In this document: in pieces, positions 1-9,235 of the stretch
How positions within the stretch are numbered: the stretch's first letter is position 1
Layout of the letters: the number at the start of each line of letters is the position of its first letter
Virus record (IMG/VR): IMGVR_UViG_3300046167_000543
Coordinates: 1 to 61,602 of that record
Reading direction: 5' to 3' (one strand)
Source of the DNA: a virus
Taxonomy: Duplodnaviria > Caudoviricetes
DNA length: 61,602 nucleotides
Translations under genes and position numbers: made by a program
The notes under the pieces: generated by a model
Databases searched by the model: none
Seen by the model: only the letters and a program-made list of their open reading frames with translations
What the model was told of the DNA's origin: nothing

Positions 1-137
1 TTATCTAACTTAGCTTGCAGTCTAGCTTTTTCTTTAGCAGCTGCTCTAGCTCTTCTTTTAGCTGAAGACGCGCCAAACAAACCACCTAAAAGACTACCAC
101 CAGCAGATATTAAACCAGCTGTTACTACTCCTGCCAT
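1..137 (-). CDS. 5' part of putative ejection/pilot protein (continues across the window junction into 61602..61065)
   Basis: ATG at 137 gives MAGVVTAGLISAGGSLLGGLFGASSAKRRARAAAKEKARLQAKLD. The frame continues without a stop from base 61602. A Gly-rich hydrophobic N-terminus is typical of small ejection proteins. Confidence 0.75.
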   Translation of the reverse strand, partial: MAGVVTAGLISAGGSLLGGLFGASSAKRRARAAAKEKARLQAKLD

Positions 138-583
138 AATTTTTCTTTTTTATTATATTCTTCTATAGTTATAGAGTACAAAGACTCTTCTATTTTTTTT
201 ATTTCTCTTGTGTTCGTAGGGTTTTTATGTATGTTTATGAACACACAATCTTCTTTACAAACTATAAATCTTTTAGCTCCTTTTATAGATTTTTCATAGC
301 AAGGTGCTATATGCTCAACAGTTTCTCCGTTTGTTGTAACTAATATTTTACCAGATAATAAAAACCAAAAATGATCTGTATGATGTATAGCACTTATAAC
401 AAAAGAATTTTTTTTCATTTGCATTTTTCTCATGTACAAACCATCAGAAAAATCATGTGATATAGGTATAAAATCGTTATTCACAAGCTCTTTACCGTTT
501 CCATGTATATGCTCAATGTGGTTGTTTTTTATAAATATATTTTGTAAAGCCTCTAATTTTTGTTTAAAATTATCTAATTCCAT
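125..583 (-). CDS. cupin-like hypothetical protein
   Basis: 152 aa; His-rich beta pattern HDFSDGLYMRKM...IHHTDHFWFLLSGKILV. Confidence 0.5.
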   Translation of the reverse strand: MELDNFKQKLEALQNIFIKNNHIEHIHGNGKELVNNDFIPISHDFSDGLYMRKMQMKKNSFVISAIHHTDHFWFLLSGKILVTTNGETVEHIAPCYEKSIKGAKRFIVCKEDCVFINIHKNPTNTREIKKIEESLYSITIEEYNKKEKLWQE

Positions 584-1989
584 TAATAACTTGATTCTAC
601 ATACTGTGAAGACACGGCGAACAATTCCCTTGTCTTACCTCCAGCTCCAGCTACTTGCGTAGAGCTATCTGTACTTATAGTTACAGTTGCATAGTAACCT
701 TTTACACCCGTCATGTCATCTCCAAAAACAACCTCACCTTTTGTGGGCTGACTGCTATTAACTAAGTTGGCAAAGTATTTTCCTTCTTTGTTATAGAAAC
801 CAGCGTAGTATTGTATACCGTTATCTGTGTAAGCACCTTCGTCATAGCTATAAACTAAGTTTGAAGTATCATTTAATTCAAAGCTTCTAGCAGCGTTAAA
901 ACTGGAAACTTCCCATCCTGTAGACCCTTCGTAGTTAACTGTTTTAAATACTTTAGATAAACTAACTTGGGGGTTAAATACAAACGAAATTAATGAATCA
1001 GAATAAACCCCATAAAATATAGACCTATCGTTATTTTGAAGTGTTTCATTGTTATGACGCCATAACTGACCATCTTTAACGCTAAAATAATTGCTTTGCA
1101 CGCTGAAAGTTTGTTCAGGCTTATATGTATAAAAACTAGTCCAACCTCTAACAGACTCATCAAAAGCTAAAGTTTGGTATGTGTTTACAACATTAGAACC
1201 TTGCAGACTTAATACATATTGTTTAGTATAGATATCCCAAGCGCCAATAGCTTTTCCATTAACAGCTACAGTATCTAAATTTTTAAACTCATCTCTAAAA
1301 TAATCTATCATACCATAGTTAGATATCTCTGTAAGACCATCTTGAGACAAACGCATTACAGCATTTCTATTTTTATCTGTGAAGTATTTTCTATAACCAT
1401 ATACAGCAAAGCTCTCTGGGTTTTTACTAATACCGAAGTTACCAGCATAAGGTACTATCTGACCTATAACTAGGTTAAGCGTACTAACAGCAGATCCTTG
1501 TCCTTCAGCAGAGTATATAGCGTCTTTATCTATTAAAGCTCTACTAACTTTATTCTCTTGGAATATGACAAGGTTTGTGTCTTCAGCATATAGTTTTTGT
1601 ATACTACCATTTGCAGGATCTACAGATCTAGTTATATCTTCACCTACGCTAAATACATTAGTATCATTAACACCTGTTCTAGAATTAAACACACCAGAGT
1701 ATATCATACTGTTGGTTCTAAAAGAAGCGTTGGGTTCTGTTTCTACTAAATACGCTTTAACACCTAAATCAACAATAACGTTATTATAACCTCCTCGTAT
1801 TCTTGCTTCTTCAATAGCCCAGCTATCTGCTTGCACAGCATTAGAAACTTGAGGATAAGCACCCGCTATACCAGTTGGAACACCGGTAGAACCATTCCAG
1901 ACTGGTGGTGTGGTATCATCAGCATTTTGTGGTGCTGTCTTCTTTAATAAAAAAGAGTTAAAATATTTTACTTCTACTATTGCTGCCAT
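583..1989 (-). CDS. tail stabilisation/nozzle (muzzle-like) protein, C-terminal-type part
   Basis: 468 aa beta-rich; GSIQKL...LVIFQENKVS...FGISKNPESFA...YFTD...GWTSFY pattern of P22 gp10/crAss muzzle-like proteins; in tail module. Confidence 0.6.
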   Translation of the reverse strand: MAAIVEVKYFNSFLLKKTAPQNADDTTPPVWNGSTGVPTGIAGAYPQVSNAVQADSWAIEEARIRGGYNNVIVDLGVKAYLVETEPNASFRTNSMIYSGVFNSRTGVNDTNVFSVGEDITRSVDPANGSIQKLYAEDTNLVIFQENKVSRALIDKDAIYSAEGQGSAVSTLNLVIGQIVPYAGNFGISKNPESFAVYGYRKYFTDKNRNAVMRLSQDGLTEISNYGMIDYFRDEFKNLDTVAVNGKAIGAWDIYTKQYVLSLQGSNVVNTYQTLAFDESVRGWTSFYTYKPEQTFSVQSNYFSVKDGQLWRHNNETLQNNDRSIFYGVYSDSLISFVFNPQVSLSKVFKTVNYEGSTGWEVSSFNAARSFELNDTSNLVYSYDEGAYTDNGIQYYAGFYNKEGKYFANLVNSSQPTKGEVVFGDDMTGVKGYYATVTISTDSSTQVAGAGGKTRELFAVSSQYVESSY

Positions 1990-1992
1990 AAA

Positions 1993-4900
1993 TTAAGTAT
2001 ATAAACAACGTGTTACAGTTCCAGTTCTTACAGCAGATGTTGTGAATGTAGCTGTATAAGCGCCTTGATTGGTATATTCAGGATTACTAACATCTGTGCT
2101 AGATGTATTTATAAGTTGCATTCTTCTAAATCTTTTTACTGCTTGACTTGTAAATGTAGCTTCGTTAACTAAATTAATATCAGTATAAAGCTGTGTTACG
2201 TACTTAGCAAACGGCTCTGCGGCATAGTAATTAATACCTGTAGATGTAAATGTAGAGCTACAAGTGCTGTTGTTGGCTATTTGATACCTGTAAACACCCG
2301 GGTTAGTACCGTAATCAGGCGCTATATTTGATTCAGGCGCGCTAAAATCATGCACATACACCTTGCTTGTTTTTGTAGTTAAAGGCGTGTTAGGACCACT
2401 AGGACTATTACAGCCAAATCTTTGTTCTAACTCATACGTGCCTGTTTTAGAAAAGAAACCAAACTGTTCCCAAGGGACTTGCCCAATAGATCTACCAACG
2501 TCAAGTCCACCACCACTAAGATTTCCAAGTATTATTCTATATTCTCCATTTGTATTAAACGCAAATACTTGACCTGAATAGGCCGGATCATATGTACCAG
2601 TAGTGCTAGGTGTTCTTCTAACAAGATGAAGACCTTGCGCGAAGTTTTGTGGATCATAATTGCTTGTGTTAGAGATTAAACCTCTATCTGTTCCACCAGG
2701 ATTAAAATCCCAATCCCAAGTACTTGTCGTAGCGCTAGCGTCTAAAGTAGTGTTTGAAATGTCTACAGCTGTTTGCCAGCTAGAGCTTGAATCAGCTCTA
2801 TACTGTATAGCATATCTAGTGTTTAAATGAGGAACTTTATCATCTGCTCTACTAGTAAGTCTTGGTATTAAATTATTTGTGTTTATACCTTCTACCCATA
2901 CGTAAAAAGTACCTCCTGTAGTAAGACCACTACTAAAAGTTTGATTAGTGAAAGTACCACTACCACCTTGAGGCGCTACGTTTGGCTGACAAACATCTCT
3001 CTGTAGAGTTGTATTTGTAGATGTTGGGGCTTGGAAACCAAATAGAAAGTCTCTTGCTGTTATGCCAGATCCACCGTCTAAATAATTAGGTATATTAGCT
3101 GTAAGGTTTGTAGTGTTGTTAGCAAACCAAAGCGCTACACCATCTCCATCGTTTATTGTTTTACCGCCATTAATGTTAAAATCTGAATCTACAGCTGGTT
3201 CAGTAAAGTTAACTATAAAAGTATTTGACACACATAAGCCTCCAGCGTCACAAGTCTGCAAAGTAAATTGTCCAGTTCCTATTGCCGCGGCAGATGTGTT
3301 TATAACTCTAGTACCGTTATTAGTTAAACTAAAAATACCAGCAGGTGACTGAGCTGTTATAGTGTGTGTTATATCATCTGTAGATTGGCCGCCAGAAGGA
3401 TTTGAGCCGTTAACAGCATTTATTGTAGATATAATTATTTCAGTTCCTTTTGTAACATTTATAGGGCTAGTATTTGAAATGCTTGGAGCTATATTTAATA
3501 ATTGACCTTGTTTAGTTATATTAGGATCTGAATCATTAACTCTAAAAGTAAATGTATATACATATCCATTTGGATTATCGTAATAAAAATAAGCTCCACT
3601 AGCTGTTGTTATGTCATAGGTATTAGCTGTACCACCAGTAGTAAATGTAAATTTAGAAGTTACATCGTTTCCAAATTGATCAAAAACACTTTCAAGCGTT
3701 GCAGACGAAGGTGTTATTTGAGCACCAAGATTATTTACAAAATAAAAATCATTAACAATAACAGTTCCAGGTGCATCTGCTTCATCTAAAGTAAAATTCC
3801 AAGCGTCAATACCAGTAGCATCTGTATTGCCACCACTGGAACTAATAGCTGTATTAAGTTCTGATAAAAGACCAGATGTAGCTGTTTCCCAAAATATATC
3901 TAATCTAGATATTGTTGGTAACGTTTCTAAAACATTTAAGTTTTCAAACTTCTCATACACTGTATTAGTATTAGCGTAACCAGCGTTTACAATACCAAAT
4001 TGACCTGCTGGTGTTTGTGAAGTAACAAACTCTGCTATAAAAGGATTTGATTCAGATCTAAAAAAAGAATAATAAGGACTGTTGGTAGAAGTAACAGGTA
4101 TAACGTCGTTAGCTCCAGCTTTAAATTGCAAAACATCAAAAGCATCAAATAAATCTTCAATTTGATTTACAGTAAAAGATTTTCTACCTGGAAAATATTG
4201 TTCGTTACCAACATTGCTAAATTCTATATTAGTGTTAACAACTCTACCAAAAAGTCTAACAGAACTTCTAAACTGTTTATCTTGAGCTCCAACTTCTGTT
4301 AAATCTCTAGGTACTTTATTTATATTGTCATTCAACAATGTTATAAATGTAGCGTTTTGATCTAATGGGTTTGTTGGTGTTGTAACTGGTGGGTTTCCAT
4401 TTGTCCAATATGGCTGACCTTTCATAGCGCCAGCTGTGTATACGTTATAATAATCTTGCTCAACTTGTTTTACTACAATCTTATAACTATACCAACCAAG
4501 TGGTTTATATTCTGTACTACTGGTATCACCATTATATAAACCAGGTATACCGATAGATTCATTTTTATCAAATCCAACTCCTGTAAGAATACTATTAAAA
4601 GAAACTTTTAATGAATCTCCAGCAAAAGTTATTGAATCACTACTAGCGTTATAAGGCAAATAAACAGTATCAGCTCCAAAGCCAGTACCGCTAGATTCGT
4701 TGGTATTACTAGATAATACAGTTGTAGACTGTCTACCATATCTATCTGCTAAAACTATTCCAACTTGATAATTTCTGTTTTGTTTTAAAGTATGGTTTGG
4801 ATATTCTATTCTTGATTTAGCGTTTCCATATGTAGAGCTACTAGTTAATTTTTCAGTAACACCTATTTGGTAATCAATACCAGAAGGTGGCGTATGTTTA

Positions 4901-6282
4901 TTTTGAAAATTACTATAAACAATTCTATTACTAATAACCTCTTGACCAAAAGCTTTTACTGGAATTTTATCGTAAACCCTTGTTATTTCATCAGAAGGTA
5001 AAGTTTTAAAAGGTTTAGTAGATAAATAATTATATTCAAGAACTGTATCTGTACCTGACAAGGTATCAACTTGTACAGTATCAACAACTTGAACAGCTAA
5101 CCCATCTGATTCTTTATACAATATATCTATTTCAGTAATTAAATACTTAGAAGATAAATTAGCTTTTGTATCAGGTAATGGTATTTGCAAACCTATCTGA
5201 GTAACTTTATTTTCCATAAACTCTACAACTGTACTTGTAAAAGTTTGGCGTTCATCACCTTCAATAAAATAACCATCTTGTTTAGGTATAAAAGCAACTT
5301 GCGTAAATGGAGCTAGTATAGAATATTCACCGTCTACAAATTTAAATCTATAACTAAATCTTACAAATTTATCTTCTAAATATTGAGGATCTCCAGAAAA
5401 ATCTGGATTATAATATGGATTTAAAGTAGTTCCGTCTGGTAAAAATTCACTACTTACGTCTTGCATTGTTGTCTGTGTAGCTGCGAGGGTAAAACTTAAT
5501 ATTTCTAAAGCAGATATAGAGTTAGCTTGATTAAACGTTACAACTCCTGTGCTTGGAACAAAGTTAACTACAGTAGTGTTAGCAGCTACACCTGTACCGG
5601 TAACTGTAGCACCAACAAGAATATTACCAGTGGTAGAAGTTATTATAGCTGTTGTTGAATTTGATGTGGTAAGAGTTACAACACCGGTTCCAGTAACTTC
5701 TTCTTGTATTAACTCAATAGGTTTATAAGGATTATACTTAGATACAGATATTTGATCTTCAGTAGTATAATAAGTAGGAGTAGTTAATCTTTGAGGATTT
5801 GCTAAATCAACGTTTATTTTTCTAGGTTGATTTCTATTGTCTGTAAAGAATAATAAATTTTCTAATAAGTTTACACCTATAATAGGTCTATCTTTAGAAA
5901 AATTTAAAAAAGCTCCTTCAACTAATTTTGTTACAATATCTCCTTTTATATTATAAGAAAAAATACAATTTTTAGCTGATGGGTTATATGTTGATTGTCC
6001 TAAAGGTCTCGGATCTTCTTCATCTGTAAAAAATAAATATACAGTATTGTTAAATTCGTCAACAAAATAACCTATACATTCATCTACATCATAACCAGCT
6101 ATAGTTGTAAAGTTAACAACAATTGAGTTGCCAAGTACATTTTCTAACGCGCCGACATCATCACCTTCTGACTTACTAACCTGTATGTTTACAGCGTTGC
6201 GATATTCACCTTGTGGTATAAGTCTAGCATCAAGGTCTTTGTTCATCTTTGATTTGATGAACGCGTTTTTAACTTCAGCCAT
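1993..6282 (-). CDS. large tail stabilisation (muzzle-like) protein with Ig/cadherin-like extension
   Basis: 1429 aa; N-terminal KMNKDLDARLIPQGEYRNAVNI motif of crAss-like tail stabilisation proteins; Thr/Asn/Gly-rich C-terminal half. Confidence 0.65.
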   Translation of the reverse strand: MAEVKNAFIKSKMNKDLDARLIPQGEYRNAVNIQVSKSEGDDVGALENVLGNSIVVNFTTIAGYDVDECIGYFVDEFNNTVYLFFTDEEDPRPLGQSTYNPSAKNCIFSYNIKGDIVTKLVEGAFLNFSKDRPIIGVNLLENLLFFTDNRNQPRKINVDLANPQRLTTPTYYTTEDQISVSKYNPYKPIELIQEEVTGTGVVTLTTSNSTTAIITSTTGNILVGATVTGTGVAANTTVVNFVPSTGVVTFNQANSISALEILSFTLAATQTTMQDVSSEFLPDGTTLNPYYNPDFSGDPQYLEDKFVRFSYRFKFVDGEYSILAPFTQVAFIPKQDGYFIEGDERQTFTSTVVEFMENKVTQIGLQIPLPDTKANLSSKYLITEIDILYKESDGLAVQVVDTVQVDTLSGTDTVLEYNYLSTKPFKTLPSDEITRVYDKIPVKAFGQEVISNRIVYSNFQNKHTPPSGIDYQIGVTEKLTSSSTYGNAKSRIEYPNHTLKQNRNYQVGIVLADRYGRQSTTVLSSNTNESSGTGFGADTVYLPYNASSDSITFAGDSLKVSFNSILTGVGFDKNESIGIPGLYNGDTSSTEYKPLGWYSYKIVVKQVEQDYYNVYTAGAMKGQPYWTNGNPPVTTPTNPLDQNATFITLLNDNINKVPRDLTEVGAQDKQFRSSVRLFGRVVNTNIEFSNVGNEQYFPGRKSFTVNQIEDLFDAFDVLQFKAGANDVIPVTSTNSPYYSFFRSESNPFIAEFVTSQTPAGQFGIVNAGYANTNTVYEKFENLNVLETLPTISRLDIFWETATSGLLSELNTAISSSGGNTDATGIDAWNFTLDEADAPGTVIVNDFYFVNNLGAQITPSSATLESVFDQFGNDVTSKFTFTTGGTANTYDITTASGAYFYYDNPNGYVYTFTFRVNDSDPNITKQGQLLNIAPSISNTSPINVTKGTEIIISTINAVNGSNPSGGQSTDDITHTITAQSPAGIFSLTNNGTRVINTSAAAIGTGQFTLQTCDAGGLCVSNTFIVNFTEPAVDSDFNINGGKTINDGDGVALWFANNTTNLTANIPNYLDGGSGITARDFLFGFQAPTSTNTTLQRDVCQPNVAPQGGSGTFTNQTFSSGLTTGGTFYVWVEGINTNNLIPRLTSRADDKVPHLNTRYAIQYRADSSSSWQTAVDISNTTLDASATTSTWDWDFNPGGTDRGLISNTSNYDPQNFAQGLHLVRRTPSTTGTYDPAYSGQVFAFNTNGEYRIILGNLSGGGLDVGRSIGQVPWEQFGFFSKTGTYELEQRFGCNSPSGPNTPLTTKTSKVYVHDFSAPESNIAPDYGTNPGVYRYQIANNSTCSSTFTSTGINYYAAEPFAKYVTQLYTDINLVNEATFTSQAVKRFRRMQLINTSSTDVSNPEYTNQGAYTATFTTSAVRTGTVTRCLYT

Positions 6283-6288
6283 TTAATT

Positions 6289-7503
6289 TTAGTGTTTAAT
6301 CCATTTAGATTTACCTCGCATAACTTGAACTATTTCGTTTAGTTTGATATTAGACAAACGTATTTTAGCATTGCGAAGCTTAGCACTTCTTTCTTTTTTA
6401 AGTCTCTGAACTACATACTCAGGTTGGTTTATTCTAGTAGAAACTATAGCGTGTAGTATATAAGCATAAATAGCTTCTTCAGCCATTTTAGGTATTTTGC
6501 TATCTGTATCTAAAGCTAGACCGTCAGATATATATTCAAAGTTTATAATTCTATCTACCAAATCATTAGAAAAAGACATGGTGTTAGTTCTTTCGTTTAT
6601 ATTAAAGAAACCATTTAGATTAGCATATTGAGGGTCTATACCATATTGTTGACCATATGCTAAAGAATAATCGTTATAAAATTCAGCAGCTCCTAAATCA
6701 TTAGCGAGTTCAGTTCTGTTTTTTAAACCGTTAGTATTCCACCTGTCATCTATAATAGAACTTCCAGATTGTATATTATTGTCGAACGAGTCTTGTATAG
6801 GTACGCCTTCTGTGTCTTGAACCGGTAGATCAGTTGGGCTTTGATGAAGTGTATTTGAAGGCATTATGATATGCTGAGCGCCTGAGCTATCAACCCAATA
6901 TACGTTAGTGTAGTTTACATAGTCTTGTGGTAGTGGAACGCTTAAGCTATGTGGTATTGTTAGTTCTTGTGATTTAATACTTTTTAAAGTATCATAACTA
7001 AACTCTTGCAAACCTCTTTTAGCGTGAAATATAACATCAGTTCTTTTGACGCTTGGTATTAGTTTACCAGCACCAACATAAGCTATTTGAAAATTGTTTA
7101 TAATATCATTTAAAGACACATAAGAATAAGAACCCCAGTTATCTTCTACAACATCACCAAAAGCTTTTTCAGCAACTGTATTACCGTAATTACCACCATC
7201 TAATTTTTTAAGCTGCACTACTACATATGTGTTAGCGGCTAGCTCAGCTGTTATTGTTATTGTATTACCCGAAACAGTATAATCGCTAGTATACTCAGTA
7301 TATGTACCAGCTAAACCCGTTGGGCTTGTATATAATTTGAAATTGTTTTGACTGTAGCTAGGTGTTGAGGAAGATACAGCGTAAAATATTAAGTTAGTAT
7401 CAAAGGTTGTAGTAAAAGCTTCGCCACCACCAACAGTGCCAACCGCTTGAAAGCTTTGTGCGCCTTCGTAGTATTGTCTATTATTTTCTGTAAGTAATGC
7501 CAT
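6289..7503 (-). CDS. virion structural protein (tail ring/adaptor-like)
   Basis: 404 aa; LPQDYVNY motif; lies between ring-like and nozzle-like genes. Confidence 0.5.
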   Translation of the reverse strand: MALLTENNRQYYEGAQSFQAVGTVGGGEAFTTTFDTNLIFYAVSSSTPSYSQNNFKLYTSPTGLAGTYTEYTSDYTVSGNTITITAELAANTYVVVQLKKLDGGNYGNTVAEKAFGDVVEDNWGSYSYVSLNDIINNFQIAYVGAGKLIPSVKRTDVIFHAKRGLQEFSYDTLKSIKSQELTIPHSLSVPLPQDYVNYTNVYWVDSSGAQHIIMPSNTLHQSPTDLPVQDTEGVPIQDSFDNNIQSGSSIIDDRWNTNGLKNRTELANDLGAAEFYNDYSLAYGQQYGIDPQYANLNGFFNINERTNTMSFSNDLVDRIINFEYISDGLALDTDSKIPKMAEEAIYAYILHAIVSTRINQPEYVVQRLKKERSAKLRNAKIRLSNIKLNEIVQVMRGKSKWIKH

Positions 7504-7506
7504 GTG

Positions 7507-8274
7507 TTAGCTTTTTGCGTTTATATCGTTTTGTTGTATTTCAGCAGAAGCCGCTTGAACTATTTGAGGATCTCTTACTATTACACCTGAATATTGAAGT
7601 ATTCTAAGTATAACATTAACTTGCTCTGATGGCAATATTTCAAAATTTTGAGAACCTGTAGCGGTATAGTTGTATTGACCTAAAGATCCAGGGGTAAAAT
7701 TCCAAACTATATCTAATGGTTTTCTAATAAAAGAAGCTTTTATATTAGATGTTATTGATTTTGGATTTACAAATATATCATTGCTTTCGTATAAATATGT
7801 AGGAAATTGTTTTGTAGATTTTGTAAGTGGAGATCTTTCTATATTATAAAAGTCAAATCTTTGTAATCTTTGTAATTCTACTGGTAAACTAACAGAATCT
7901 TCATAAGTAACAGCTCCTAACATATAAAACGAAAATTCGTTTTGACCTGGATTATCGTTATAAACAACTGTAAATCCAGTTGTATCATCTAAAATTGGTA
8001 AACCAAATTCACCCGCGTTACCTGTATAAGGGCATGTACCTATACATTTAAAAGTAGATATTTTTTCGTCTACATTTGCTTGTCTATCAGCGTAATCGAC
8101 ATCCGCTTGTGGCACTCGTAATTGCTGGTTTAAATCATCAAAGTATTGTTCGAATATATCTAACTGAACCTGCGTAGCTGTTTTATTAAACTCGTCAGGT
8201 GTAATATAACCACGCTGTTCTTTATTGAGTATAAGTAAAACGGTTTGATATACAGTATTTACGTTTATTGCCAT
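7507..8274 (-). CDS. tail ring/head-tail adaptor protein
   Basis: 255 aa; LNKEQRGYITPDEFN N-terminus; synteny downstream of MCP as in crAss-like podoviruses. Confidence 0.55.
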   Translation of the reverse strand: MAINVNTVYQTVLLILNKEQRGYITPDEFNKTATQVQLDIFEQYFDDLNQQLRVPQADVDYADRQANVDEKISTFKCIGTCPYTGNAGEFGLPILDDTTGFTVVYNDNPGQNEFSFYMLGAVTYEDSVSLPVELQRLQRFDFYNIERSPLTKSTKQFPTYLYESNDIFVNPKSITSNIKASFIRKPLDIVWNFTPGSLGQYNYTATGSQNFEILPSEQVNVILRILQYSGVIVRDPQIVQAASAEIQQNDINAKS

Positions 8275-8293
8275 TTATATTTTTATTTATATA

Positions 8294-8314
8294 CAGGGCG
8301 CATTACACGCCCTG
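8294..8314 (-). promoter_or_regulatory. intergenic GC-rich hairpin
   Basis: cagggcg-cattaca-cgccctg, perfect 7-bp stem. Confidence 0.55.
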
Positions 8315-8329
8315 ATATATTATTACATG

Positions 8330-9157
8330 TTATAGAAGTTTTTTCTCTATTGATTTGTAAACTTCAACACCCTCATCAGTTTTGAACCAAGCGGCCATCG
8401 CTGAATATGGGTTTTCTTCAAACGGTACGTTCATTAGTTTTCTTCCATTACTACCCCAAGTAAATGTTCTTTGATCTTGCGATAGTTTAACTATGCCAGA
8501 TTCCGCAGCAACGATTGCTATATTTCTGAGTTGTACGTTTTCGTCATTTGCTAATTCTAAAAACAAACTAGGGTTTTTCTTAGCGAACAATAATAAGTCT
8601 CGTTTAAGTTCTTTAGAACTCATCTTAGATACTTTAGAACCTAACTCAACACGCATTATAGCTTCTGATTGATCTACGTCCATTTCTCTCGCAGCGTTTA
8701 GTGCATCTACTTGAAGTTCAATAATATCTAGTTCGTCTTCAGCTTCTGCCACCGCGCTAAACTCTTCATACATTTTACCTCTTAACGGGTGGTATAATGA
8801 AAGTAGTTTTTGTAGGTTTTGTTTTTCTTTAGGAACTTGCAAAGATCCATTTTTAAACATTATATGCCCTAGTGTTGATTCTCCTTTTTGTTCTGAAACA
8901 AAAGGTGAGTCTTGATTAGTTGCATATCTTAATTCTTTTTGCACACCTGTTTTAGCGTCAAAATAAATTAAAGCATGTTTTCTTGTATGCCTACTGGGAA
9001 TAGTTAATGTTAAAGGTGATTTATTTCCTTTTAAATAATAAATTCTATCTTTAATTTCCCATTCAGGTTTGTTTGGTTTTTGTTCTACAGTTTTAGCCTT
9101 AACTGTTTTTTGAGGTGCAACCTCAGTTGTTTCTACTGCTTTAGCTTCTTTAGCCAT
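8330..9157 (-). CDS. conserved phage protein downstream of MCP
   Basis: 275 aa ORF in the structural operon. Confidence 0.5.
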   Translation of the reverse strand: MAKEAKAVETTEVAPQKTVKAKTVEQKPNKPEWEIKDRIYYLKGNKSPLTLTIPSRHTRKHALIYFDAKTGVQKELRYATNQDSPFVSEQKGESTLGHIMFKNGSLQVPKEKQNLQKLLSLYHPLRGKMYEEFSAVAEAEDELDIIELQVDALNAAREMDVDQSEAIMRVELGSKVSKMSSKELKRDLLLFAKKNPSLFLELANDENVQLRNIAIVAAESGIVKLSQDQRTFTWGSNGRKLMNVPFEENPYSAMAAWFKTDEGVEVYKSIEKKLL

Positions 9158-9185
9158 GATATAATAAAATTAAATAGTTAATAAG

Positions 9186-9228
9186 GGTAAGTGTTACCCC
9201 TGAAATTACATCAGGGGTAAGTCTTACC
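9186..9228 (-). terminator. hairpin downstream of major capsid gene (terminator or mRNA-stabilising/processing stem)
   Basis: ttacccctga-aattaca-tcaggggtaa 10-bp stem extended by ggtaag/cttacc; weak U-tract. Confidence 0.6.
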
Positions 9229-9235
9229 TATGTAA

